Of a DNA stretch of 64,000 nucleotides, positions 55,961-64,000 are shown one piece after another. The stretch is from a virus. The stretch is taken from positions 1-64,000 of the IMG/VR virus record IMGVR_UViG_3300027743_000002; one strand, given 5' to 3'. Position 1 is the stretch's first letter, and each line of letters starts with the position of its first letter. The notes under the pieces are model-generated. The model searched no databases. It was given only the letters and a program-made list of their open reading frames with translations, and was not told the origin of the DNA. Position numbers and translations under genes: made by a program.

Positions 55961-56662
55961 TCAAAACGGAGCATCCTCCAAATCATCAGGTGGCTCACTT
56001 AAAGCCGGATCGGGAGCGTCACGATATGGATCATTATCTTCTAAGCCTTTATTTCCGCTAGGGTCGGTATCTACTTGCTGGTTTCTCAGCGGTCTCAGGG
56101 CTTGTGCCGCGTCGATAGTAGGAATGACGACATCTAGCATTCGCTGACACAGAAAGTCTTCCTGTGCCCCGTAATCCCACTTGCCGCTTGCCCGCTGAAT
56201 TGGTTCCGGCAAGTCGTGAGGGTTCTCACGGGTGTATTTCTGAGGAACCGAGACTCCATCCTGTTGCACGTTGAACGCGGTCGTGTCAGTCTTACGATCT
56301 GTCCAAGCAGAGAAACGAACAGGCTTACGGAAGTCCACATTTTCTGCCACCTTCATCCAGCGGGAGTTGATGCGTGAGTCAAACGCAATATCAAGAGAAC
56401 AGGGCGTACCGTCGGCATCAATGTGAATATTCCACCCCCTGAATTTCCGACCATTGTATTCACGGTCGTACCACTCCATTTTGGTGACGTAGCCGGAAAC
56501 GGCTTTGTAGGGCTTGATCCACTTGGTGTACTCCGTACCGTCACGGAGAGTCCCGTCAATCCGCTTGTATCCATCGCGTTCGGTCTTGCTGGTTTGGCAT
56601 ATTTGGCCGTGAGAAATCTTAAGAAAGATCGCTCCAGTATCGTCGTAAGTTTCGAGTCCCAT
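55961..56662 (-). CDS. SSB-like/recombination protein
   Basis: Acidic C-tail DDLEDAPF; next to the Cas4-like nuclease. Confidence 0.55.
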   Translation of the reverse strand: MGLETYDDTGAIFLKISHGQICQTSKTERDGYKRIDGTLRDGTEYTKWIKPYKAVSGYVTKMEWYDREYNGRKFRGWNIHIDADGTPCSLDIAFDSRINSRWMKVAENVDFRKPVRFSAWTDRKTDTTAFNVQQDGVSVPQKYTRENPHDLPEPIQRASGKWDYGAQEDFLCQRMLDVVIPTIDAAQALRPLRNQQVDTDPSGNKGLEDNDPYRDAPDPALSEPPDDLEDAPF

Positions 56663-56695
56663 TTGAGTTCCTTTCGTTGGTTAAGGCGAGCAGTC

Positions 56696-57493
56696 TTACT
56701 TAGTCTCGCTTGGGTTAAAGGGAATAGTCTGAGCTGGTAGTTTTTGGCATTTATCCAAGAACCCGCAGTAAAGACACGGCCATTTCTTCGACTTCGGATC
56801 AAGGATAACCTCACCCTCAAATTCTCGTGCGGGTAATTGGTCGTTCTCCACGCTCCGAACTATCCATCTCAGACGTTCAATTTCAGCTTGTATTTTATCA
56901 TCTAAATCCTTGATTTTGAACCGGAATTCAGCGAAAATAGGCTCATCCTTTGCCGCTGTTTTACGAGCGTAAATGATGTGTAGATACGTGGCCCCAAGAG
57001 CCTTTGCGGAAATTCCAACTTGTAAAATATTTTCCGGCTTGGCTCCTTCAGCCACCATGTCTTTCTTGTTCCATTGACCGTTTGATTTCAACTTCTTTCC
57101 GGTGATTAGTTTGAACGCAAAGTCAGAGACAGACTTGATTTCGCCGCAGACCAATTCACCGTCTTCGGCGTGGTAGAGCAAGTCGGCGCGAACGGTAATG
57201 AAGTCTTCGTACGCGCCACTGATTTCTTTCTCGCCGTGGGTGGCCGCGAGCATAGTGGCTTGGATAATGTCGTGAACATGATCACCAAGCGAGAAGTTAA
57301 AGAGCGCGTCTCCGGTAATTGGGTTGGACGCTTCGACGCCCATAACTCGAAAGGCAATCTGTCGAGCGCACGCTCCTGCTGATGATGCGTTGGCATGGAG
57401 TTTATCAGCGAGCAAAGAGGGCGCACGTTCTTCTGCGGCTTTCTTGGCTTCCAGATGTTTGAAAACTAAATCTTCAATTTTCGGTAGGGTCAT
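56696..57493 (-). CDS. Cas4-like PD-(D/E)XK exonuclease
   Basis: ACARQ, GDHVH, RAD..EIKS, Q motif, CLYCGFLDKC four-Cys set. Confidence 0.8.
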   Translation of the reverse strand: MTLPKIEDLVFKHLEAKKAAEERAPSLLADKLHANASSAGACARQIAFRVMGVEASNPITGDALFNFSLGDHVHDIIQATMLAATHGEKEISGAYEDFITVRADLLYHAEDGELVCGEIKSVSDFAFKLITGKKLKSNGQWNKKDMVAEGAKPENILQVGISAKALGATYLHIIYARKTAAKDEPIFAEFRFKIKDLDDKIQAEIERLRWIVRSVENDQLPAREFEGEVILDPKSKKWPCLYCGFLDKCQKLPAQTIPFNPSETK

Positions 57494-57502
57494 TTGATTC
57501 CT

Positions 57503-57844
57503 TTAGAAGTTACTAGGTAGAGTTTCCTCAAGGTGGCGCAACATACTCTGTTGCACGCTAATGGTTGTTTGAATCGCCCGTAAACGCTCTCTATAGGCAT
57601 CCCGCGTTGCTTCTGCGATACGAGCCTCACGCATGAATTGAGCGACGATTAACACGGCTTCTGATTCACGCTGCTTCTGAGTTCCTTCACCGACCGAGAG
57701 AAAGGCTTTAGCCCACTCTACATCGTAGGTGCTACGCTTCTCAGCGGCATCTTTAATGGCTGATTCATAGCCGACGATAGCGGCACGAAGCGCGGAGATA
57801 AGGCGCGTTAGTTCGTTGTTGATAGTGATTAACTCGTTAGCCAT
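57503..57844 (-). CDS. Helical recombination-mediator-like protein
   Basis: Coiled coil adjacent to the nuclease. Confidence 0.5.
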   Translation of the reverse strand: MANELITINNELTRLISALRAAIVGYESAIKDAAEKRSTYDVEWAKAFLSVGEGTQKQRESEAVLIVAQFMREARIAEATRDAYRERLRAIQTTISVQQSMLRHLEETLPSNF

Positions 57845-58029
57845 TTAATCCTCGTCAGCGGCGGCACACTCAGCACAAGGTTCTAGTGCGGAACAAAGTC
57901 CATTAGGCCACACACCGAGCGCAAACACGTCTTCATAGACTCGATACGCTTCATCCACATCACCGTATTGAGAGGTTTCAACCTCACGGCGGGATAGATC
58001 GTCAACAAGGGATTTAGTTGATTGGTACA

Positions 58030-58296
58030 TTATTCGGCGTCTCCTTTTACCTCGATACATTTCCTCCCCTCACACCCCTCAAGCGCGTCGAACATCTCTT
58101 GAATCTTGATAACTCGCCGCTGGCCGTTCCACTCTACGGTTATCGTCTCAGCCACGTTAAGCACCAAGAGAAAGTCCGATTGTGGCGCAGGGGGAGCAGT
58201 GATCGTAATGGTGTCAGCCTTTAGTTTCTGCGCTTGAACGGCCATGCTTCCGACCATCACGGCAAATAACGCTTGTACTGCGGTTCTTCGATTCAT
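58030..58296 (-). CDS. Small protein with signal-like N-terminus
   Basis: MNRRTAVQALFAVMVGSMAVQA. Confidence 0.5.
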   Translation of the reverse strand: MNRRTAVQALFAVMVGSMAVQAQKLKADTITITAPPAPQSDFLLVLNVAETITVEWNGQRRVIKIQEMFDALEGCEGRKCIEVKGDAE

Positions 58297-58499
58297 CGGT
58301 AATACTCCTCCAGACTAATTCCCAACCCTTGCGCATCCGCTACTCCAAAGCAATCCTGGCACACGAGCTTTCCACCTTCCATTACTCCACAGTAAACATC
58401 TGTACATCTGAACCATCCTTCATGCTCAGGACAGAAATGACGTTGAGTTGGAAAGATTGCTGAATGTAGGACAGCAGCGCGTGTTTGTTCTGAGGGCAT
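58293..58499 (-). CDS. Cys-rich small protein
   Basis: SD AGGAG; CPEH..C..C..CQDC. Confidence 0.5.
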   Translation of the reverse strand: MPSEQTRAAVLHSAIFPTQRHFCPEHEGWFRCTDVYCGVMEGGKLVCQDCFGVADAQGLGISLEEYYR

Positions 58500-58654
58500 T
58501 TCAATCTCCTACTTGAGTCTATGGGTTAGGGGATCGTCCAACATCGCGGATACTTCTCTGACAGCTTCGTTAAAGCCCGCTCGATAGCCTGAGACATCCC
58601 CGATAACGAAGCCTACAAGCCCTGCGGCGATAGTAATCAAGATGTAGGTTGTCA

Positions 58655-58924
58655 TTAGATTCTCTCAAATACGTGAAAGACTAAACCTTCAAATGTTAGT
58701 TGATAAGTACCGATGTATTTGCGACTTGTGAGCGGGCGCATTTCGTGACCCGTTCCGTAGATTTCGATATGCCGATCTTCCTTCGGGCGGGCATCATCAA
58801 CAACGGCCCACAAGCAAGGAATGTCATATTGGATTTGCACCGTCAGAATCTCTGCGCCTATCGGCATTGACAAGTCTTGCCCGTCAATGGTTCGCAGCGG
58901 GTACTTCCAAATCGTTTTAGCCAT
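58655..58924 (-). CDS. Conserved small phage protein
   Basis: TIWKYPL..GAEILTVQ..LWA.V..GTGH..YIGT..LVFHVFE. Confidence 0.75.
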   Translation of the reverse strand: MAKTIWKYPLRTIDGQDLSMPIGAEILTVQIQYDIPCLWAVVDDARPKEDRHIEIYGTGHEMRPLTSRKYIGTYQLTFEGLVFHVFERI

Positions 58925-59038
58925 ACCTTCTCCTTATGAAACCGCCCACAGTAAAGCCGCATAAGCGACTACAATTAAAATCACTACTGCTAGCCCAAAG
59001 CAGTCTTGTTGAAAGTTACTTTTGTCCATTTTGCCCCC

Positions 59039-59620
59039 TTAGTATCGTCGTTCCCGCGTGTTGCGCTCACACCACGCAGACGTTCGACCGCCGACAGCCA
59101 ATGACTTGCGGTATCGCTTCTTTAGCGCGGCTATCTCAGCCGCTTGGTCGCTATTCGGCACGTCCGGCCAAATGTCGAAGTAAACAAAGTGATACTTCTT
59201 GGCGGGCGGTTCCCATGTATGTACGTCAGCCTCAACAATGGTCAGTTTGGGATTGTCGTATAATGGCCCAATGAGCGCGATAACGTCAGCAGAACGCTCC
59301 AGCACTGTAACGCTGGCAACGTCAGACTGTTTCAGCAAAGGTTCAATGATTAACCCAAGACCTAAACCCGCAATCAAGACGTGTCCGAAGGCTCTGTTCA
59401 CAAAGTCTTGGTTGGTGTAGATTTCAAACTCCGCGTCAGTCATCCACAAACGCCCGTCGATGAACAAGCGCGTGTAAGTCTTGGCGGTGAGCGGTTGACC
59501 GTCTCTCGCCGCCCTCATGCGGGTTAGCATGTCGGGGGAATCGTGAACTACCTTTGCCGCGCCAAATGACGCCGCAGGGACTCGCTTATGTAAAGTTCCA
59601 GCTCTCATTGTTTTCTCCAA
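59039..59620 (-). CDS. Spermidine-synthase-like class I SAM methyltransferase
   Basis: LWMTD, VLIAGLGLG, VTVLE, YFDIW. Confidence 0.75.
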   Translation of the reverse strand: MEKTMRAGTLHKRVPAASFGAAKVVHDSPDMLTRMRAARDGQPLTAKTYTRLFIDGRLWMTDAEFEIYTNQDFVNRAFGHVLIAGLGLGLIIEPLLKQSDVASVTVLERSADVIALIGPLYDNPKLTIVEADVHTWEPPAKKYHFVYFDIWPDVPNSDQAAEIAALKKRYRKSLAVGGRTSAWCERNTRERRY

Positions 59621-59744
59621 TCAAAGGTGATTTACCAAACCTCCCGCAGGATATTAAACCCCACCACCATGAACCAGAGGATGACTAGCACGATGCCCAC
59701 GCGGGCAACGGTAGGTAAGTTGAAGAAGCTATCTAGTAAGCGGT

Positions 59745-59984
59745 TCATTCTTCGTAATCTCCTCTCACTATTCTTGGTTCATCATCTACCTCAGTAGCCC
59801 GCTGCTTCCACTTATCTATGGCTTTGTCTCGGTTGTAGTCCGTAGGGCCAGCAGCTTCACAGCGGTCACAAGTGACGTAGAAGAACTCGCGGCCAGAAAA
59901 AGTAGCTATCCCCCGCTCACGCTCTCGTGCTACATCTAGGTCAGGTGAGCCGCAAAAGGCGCAGAATCCTAGTTCATTAGGCAT
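59745..59984 (-). CDS. Lar-family (restriction alleviation) protein
   Basis: CAFCG..VTCDRCEAAGP..AIDKW. Confidence 0.7.
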   Translation of the reverse strand: MPNELGFCAFCGSPDLDVARERERGIATFSGREFFYVTCDRCEAAGPTDYNRDKAIDKWKQRATEVDDEPRIVRGDYEE

Positions 59985-60149
59985 CCCTATTCTCCTTCAT
60001 CTTCCAAGTCGTCAGCTCCATAAACTCGATTACATAACTCACAGTAGTAGCCCGATTCCCAATAGGATTCGCGTCCACCATCAGGAGCCACAACCCCCGT
60101 GTCATACTGCCCGCTGACGGGTTCCAAGTCGGCGTGACCTTTGGGACAT

Positions 60150-60380
60150 TTACTCATTGCTCACATCCTTTGGTTCCCACAAAGCCCCTTCTAGGCCGCA
60201 AGGGTAGACCGCCGAAGAATTACTTCCTTGCCGCATACTTGAGCAGTAGGGCATCGTGGACACTCCGCTGACTAGATCAACAGCGGCAACGGTCGGCTGC
60301 GAGCATTGCGGCGCGTCATAAAAAGCCGCCGCACTTGGCACGCACCACTTACAGTCTTTACAGAATTTAAGTTCAGCCAT
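60150..60380 (-). CDS. Cys-rich small protein, first gene of the leftward operon
   Basis: MAELKFCKDCKWC..CGLEGALWEPK; SD AAGGA. Confidence 0.65.
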   Translation of the reverse strand: MAELKFCKDCKWCVPSAAAFYDAPQCSQPTVAAVDLVSGVSTMPYCSSMRQGSNSSAVYPCGLEGALWEPKDVSNE

Positions 60381-60410
60381 GTTTGTTTTCCTTTCAATCG
60401 AAGCAAGCGA

Positions 60411-60440
60411 ACAGTAGCACGGATAGGAAAGACATGTCAA
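60411..60440 (-). promoter_or_regulatory. Leftward early promoter
   Basis: TTGACA-18 nt-TACTGT with extended TGc. Confidence 0.7.
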
Positions 60441-60470
60441 GCATCGTTTACAAGAAATAGTAATCTTGCG

Positions 60471-60500
60471 TTGACAAGACAGGACGTGACGTGCTAGGGT
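60471..60500 (+). promoter_or_regulatory. Rightward promoter; leaderless to ATG 60508
   Basis: TTGACA-18 nt-TAGGGT with extended TGc. Confidence 0.7.
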
Positions 60501-60507
60501 TGGGCCT

Positions 60508-60723
60508 ATGTTCATCAGCGAAATCAAGATAGACGCAGGGAAGCTGAAGGGGGCACGCGGTTTACGCAAGCCTTCTGAGGTGGCGCGGGAGATCGGGATT
60601 ACCCGTCAGCACTTGTGGCAAATAGAATCTGGACGGGCGAAACCTTCGGGAGAGATTCTAGCCAAGCTCTGCTGGCTCTACGGAAAGCCCATTCAGGAGT
60701 TCACTTCTAACGAGTCTAAGTGA
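60508..60723 (+). CDS. Cro/XRE-family HTH regulator
   Basis: EVAREIGITRQHLWQIESGRAKPS. Confidence 0.85.
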   Translation: MFISEIKIDAGKLKGARGLRKPSEVAREIGITRQHLWQIESGRAKPSGEILAKLCWLYGKPIQEFTSNESK

Positions 60724-60753
60724 AGGTTAGCGAGACTAAGAAAGGTGGCGTAG

Positions 60754-61044
60754 ATGGATAAGACAGAGTTGTTGCGATACGAACTTGCGGGGAGTGATTG
60801 GTGGGTGTCGCTGATTTCGTGGGGTTGGGCGCAGACGCTCGTTGCTCGTTATTTCGCGTGGAAGATAAACCGAAAGTTCGCGGCATTGGAGAGAGTGCGG
60901 CAGCGATCCATCTTGGTCGGCGCGGCTATCCGGCGGGGAGTGGTAGTTCGCGGCATGAGCGATTCAGACATGGACTATCTCAACTCAGCCATCCGGCGCG
61001 AGTGGAATACGCCAGAAGAAGACAAGGCGTGGAAACATCTATGA
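60754..61044 (+). CDS. Hypothetical protein
   Basis: SD AAGG; operon position. Confidence 0.55.
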   Translation: MDKTELLRYELAGSDWWVSLISWGWAQTLVARYFAWKINRKFAALERVRQRSILVGAAIRRGVVVRGMSDSDMDYLNSAIRREWNTPEEDKAWKHL

Positions 61045-61126
61045 AACATCTACTAACACTAACTTCTATTCCTCTGTTGGTACTTTTAGTTTCGGTGGTG
61101 AATCTGATTACCCCAAAGGAGTGGGA

Positions 61127-61369
61127 ATGAAGGCATTTGCTGACTTAGCCGATCTTCCAGAAGATGATCGAATTGCGATCATTGGTAAAACCGCAGAGGG
61201 CGGGCAGCGAGTCGCATTTGTGGTTGAGGATCACGCTAAAGCTGATCGCTATGTTGAGAAGCTAACAAAACGATTTCGGGTGTCAGTCGCCAAGCGATTA
61301 AATGGGCCAGTTAAGAACACAATTAGCGTGATTGTTACGAGACGATCTGAAGCGAAGGAGAACCTATGA
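61127..61369 (+). CDS. Hypothetical protein
   Basis: SD AGGAG; ATGA coupling. Confidence 0.6.
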   Translation: MKAFADLADLPEDDRIAIIGKTAEGGQRVAFVVEDHAKADRYVEKLTKRFRVSVAKRLNGPVKNTISVIVTRRSEAKENL

Positions 61370-61848
61370 GCGGGAACGTAAAGGTCTGCACAACAAGTGG
61401 CGAGCCTGTCGATAAGGTGCGCGCCGAACAGACAGAAACCGAGGGTCAGCACAAAGCCTACTTAGTGCTCTGCGCCGAAGAACGGGAGAAAGGGTTTGTT
61501 CGGCCCTACCGTGATAGGTACAGACATGTGGGCCGTTCTATCTGTGGAAAGATGGCCGATAGTTCCCCGTTGCTTGGCGGGCCGCGTTCTATTTGTAGCG
61601 ATGACTTCGAGCACGATGGCGAGCACGGCATACAAACCCGAACAGTTACCCAACCAGAGCACGCGCAAATAGAGAACACTCACAGACTGGGCGGTTGCGG
61701 TTCTGTTACCACAATGGGTCGCGCCCTAAGTGAAACTTATGCACGTGACCCGAAGTTCTACGGCGCAACCTTTTGCTGTCACTGCAATCAGCATTTACCT
61801 GTGGCTGAATTTGTTTGGGACGTTGACGGCGAAGTGGTTGGTTCTTAG
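61366..61848 (+). CDS. Conserved phage Zn-binding hypothetical protein
   Basis: YLVL..EREKGFVRP..ETYARDPKFYGATFCCHC. Confidence 0.75.
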   Translation: MSGNVKVCTTSGEPVDKVRAEQTETEGQHKAYLVLCAEEREKGFVRPYRDRYRHVGRSICGKMADSSPLLGGPRSICSDDFEHDGEHGIQTRTVTQPEHAQIENTHRLGGCGSVTTMGRALSETYARDPKFYGATFCCHCNQHLPVAEFVWDVDGEVVGS

Positions 61849-61888
61849 TTTCTCTGGTGGCCTTAAACCAGCAGAGACGGAGATAGAA

Positions 61889-62065
61889 ATGGGTGAGTCG
61901 GAACACTATAAGGAGATTCTGAAAGCCGCTAAGAGTGGCCGGATCGCCGCTTGGCTGGTCTACATGGTGATGTTGCTGCTTTTTATTGTTACGTGGGTTG
62001 GAATATCCACGATGGAGCAGCGAATAGTTGATCGACTAGACCGCATTGAAAGGAAACTGCCGTGA
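61889..62065 (+). CDS. Small membrane protein
   Basis: SD GGAG; one TM segment. Confidence 0.5.
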   Translation: MGESEHYKEILKAAKSGRIAAWLVYMVMLLLFIVTWVGISTMEQRIVDRLDRIERKLP

Positions 62066-62292
62066 CTAATCCAGAGGGGGAGCGGGAGAAACTGTTGAAC
62101 TGCCCGTTTTGCGGATCGGCAGCGGGTAAGGCTTTTGTGCCGTCAAGTGATCCGCGAACAAACGGGCGCGGCGATCTGTGGATCATCGGTTGTCAAGATG
62201 CGGAGTGCGCCACTGGTTTCGTGTCGTCCAATATCGATGATTCAATCAAGCGTTGGAATGCACGATCAGACATGCAGGAGCAGCAGAAGTAA
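62062..62292 (+). CDS. Lar-family protein
   Basis: LLNCPFCG..IGC..C..KRWNAR. Confidence 0.75.
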   Translation: MTNPEGEREKLLNCPFCGSAAGKAFVPSSDPRTNGRGDLWIIGCQDAECATGFVSSNIDDSIKRWNARSDMQEQQK

Positions 62293-62601
62293 ATGGAAAC
62301 CAAACCAAAAACTGAGAGCGCAACGACTGTTCAATTCGTTGGGGGCTACGCAGATGGGCGTATCGTTGAGTTATTCGGGCCATTGCCTGACATGTATAGA
62401 TGTCCCGTTCCTGACCGCACCAGAGGGTTCACGGCTCCCTTAGTTTTCGATCCAGCACGACTGCCGCAAGAGGATGATTATGTACTTATTCCGCTATTTG
62501 GCAAGAAGTTCTACGTCGAAAGACGTTTACTGCAAATGGCGAACGACACAGCACGAACAACCGATAATCCCTTGATAGGACACTTGGCAGAACTAAAATG
62601 A
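62293..62601 (+). CDS. Hypothetical protein
   Basis: FVGGYADG motif; coupled. Confidence 0.6.
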   Translation: METKPKTESATTVQFVGGYADGRIVELFGPLPDMYRCPVPDRTRGFTAPLVFDPARLPQEDDYVLIPLFGKKFYVERRLLQMANDTARTTDNPLIGHLAELK

Positions 62602-62602
62602 A

Positions 62603-62797
62603 ATGAAACGCAATCCCAATAACTCTCAACGCCTGGAAGAATCTCTCACAGTTGCTTGTCCGTACTGTCGCGCTAGGATTGGAGAGTCATGTTGGGGAAT
62701 CAGCAGTTTCAGCGGCAAGCCCGTAAAGAAACCACACGTGCCCCACAAGGGGAGGGTATTGGCTTTAGTAGCACAGAGGTTGAAGGAGAAGGAATGA
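62603..62797 (+). CDS. Zn-finger protein
   Basis: VACPYCRA.IGE.C..H..R. Confidence 0.6.
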   Translation: MKRNPNNSQRLEESLTVACPYCRARIGESCWGISSFSGKPVKKPHVPHKGRVLALVAQRLKEKE

Positions 62798-63391
62798 CAT
62801 TGACGTTGTGGGTAATTTGGGTAGCTACGGCGATGGTGGCTGCAATTATGAATGTTTCCATTTGGGAGCGATATGGAATGCGGATAGCCGCCCGTTCAGT
62901 CCTAGCAACCCTCTGTGGCCTCATTGCGGGTATTATCTGCATGACGTTGGAGGCGAAATGAGCAAGGAGCTAATTTCTCACACGCGCATCGTGAACGATT
63001 TAGAAATCTACGTTGATGATGAAGTTGCAGATGACGAGGTTGAGGTTGATTTCTTTCTTCCGCGCCATAAGCATCGAGTGACAGTTAAACTAAAAACCAA
63101 AGACGTACTACCTGAACTATGGGCGCGACTTCAGGAACAACCATGAACAGAAGAAGGTTTCTTGAACTACTAGCCTTAGCAAGTGCGGGGAGTGTGGAAT
63201 GACTGACGTTAAGGAGCCACTTAAACAAGTTTGCCCGCGCTGTGAAACAACCTTCTGGAGTTATCGCCCGTGGCCGAGCTGCGGAGCGTGTCTGACTGAG
63301 AAAGAACACGATCATCTTATCGCTACTGCTCCGTTTCAACCCGTCCCTCTGCTTATCTGGCTACAACAACATCAGAACTAAATCCCTTCGT

Positions 63392-63871
63392 TTGAAGGGC
63401 TTCAATGGTAAAATGCAGGCAATGAAAAAGCTCGCTAGCCACGTTCTTATTGACCGTCGCAAGACGCTAAACCTCAAAACCACCTTAGCTGAAAAGCAGT
63501 TTCAGTCGCGCTTGCGGAGACATGGCATCAGGCATTACGCGCAGGTTGTAATCGGGCCGTTCATCGCTGACTTTGTAATACCAGACCGTTTGCTGGTCAT
63601 CGAGATCGATGGCGGGATTCATTCGAGCGTGGCGGCGAGAGCGTATGACGCGCAGCGTACCGAATACCTCAGAGATAAAGGATTCTCGGTCGTTCGTGTG
63701 GTCAACGAGAATGTCAAGACTTGGCCGCTACAGACCATTGATCAATACCCCGTCATCATGGGCAAACGATTGAAAGAGTACAAGCGTATCATTGGCGAGT
63801 TAAGCAACGAGCGGCAAGAGCCAAGCGTTGCGATGTCGGCCAATCCAACACTCATAGACTGTCCGTTCTAG
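63392..63871 (+). CDS. DUF559/Vsr-like endonuclease
   Basis: Q.VIGPFIADF..LVIEIDGGIH..YDAQRT.YL..GF.V.R. Confidence 0.8.
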   Translation: MKGFNGKMQAMKKLASHVLIDRRKTLNLKTTLAEKQFQSRLRRHGIRHYAQVVIGPFIADFVIPDRLLVIEIDGGIHSSVAARAYDAQRTEYLRDKGFSVVRVVNENVKTWPLQTIDQYPVIMGKRLKEYKRIIGELSNERQEPSVAMSANPTLIDCPF

Positions 63872-64000
63872 ATCGGTTAGCCGCTTGGCGGTCTCCCGTG
63901 TGTTTGGCGGTAATGTCACAAAACCATTGCCAATTAGACCACCTACGGTCATAATGCGCGGCGAAACGTAGGACTCAGCCCTCAAGGAGACTAACGACTT

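Noticed and set aside
1-64000. tRNAs, integrase/att, DNA polymerase, holin-endolysin
   Set aside because: None recognised by eye; they may lie outside the window

Overview
The window is most of a tailed dsDNA phage genome with a short-tail (podovirus-like) layout. The + strand (1-46.3 kb) carries the morphogenesis region: scaffold, major capsid, TerL, portal, ejection proteins, a tail/nozzle protein, several Gly-(Phe/Tyr)-Ser repeat proteins, a 1789-aa multidomain glycosyltransferase, tailspike/fibre-like proteins and secreted proteins. A leftward early operon (46.4-60.4 kb) holds TnpB, a Cas4-like nuclease, an SSB-like protein and many small ORFs. A rightward Cro-led operon runs from 60.5 kb. 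I recognised no integrase, DNA polymerase, lysis cassette, tRNA or CRISPR array. The standout is a self-contained cassette at about 6304-7422: a promoter, a structured leader, a lone RAMP/Cas7-like gene, three arrays of 5-nt G(G)Y-NN units and a terminator. Read alone, the variable NN dinucleotides spell codon positions 1+2 of diverged versions of the two genes flanking the cassette (ORF 6042-6317 and terL). This suggests an RNA-guided system with a gapped, wobble-skipping code aimed at related phages. Other notable items are a candidate virion glycosylation module, a TnpB insertion with a 12-bp duplication that rebuilds the start of the gene it interrupts, and fibre-like proteins with signal peptides. 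All family assignments are by-eye motif recognition, not database results.
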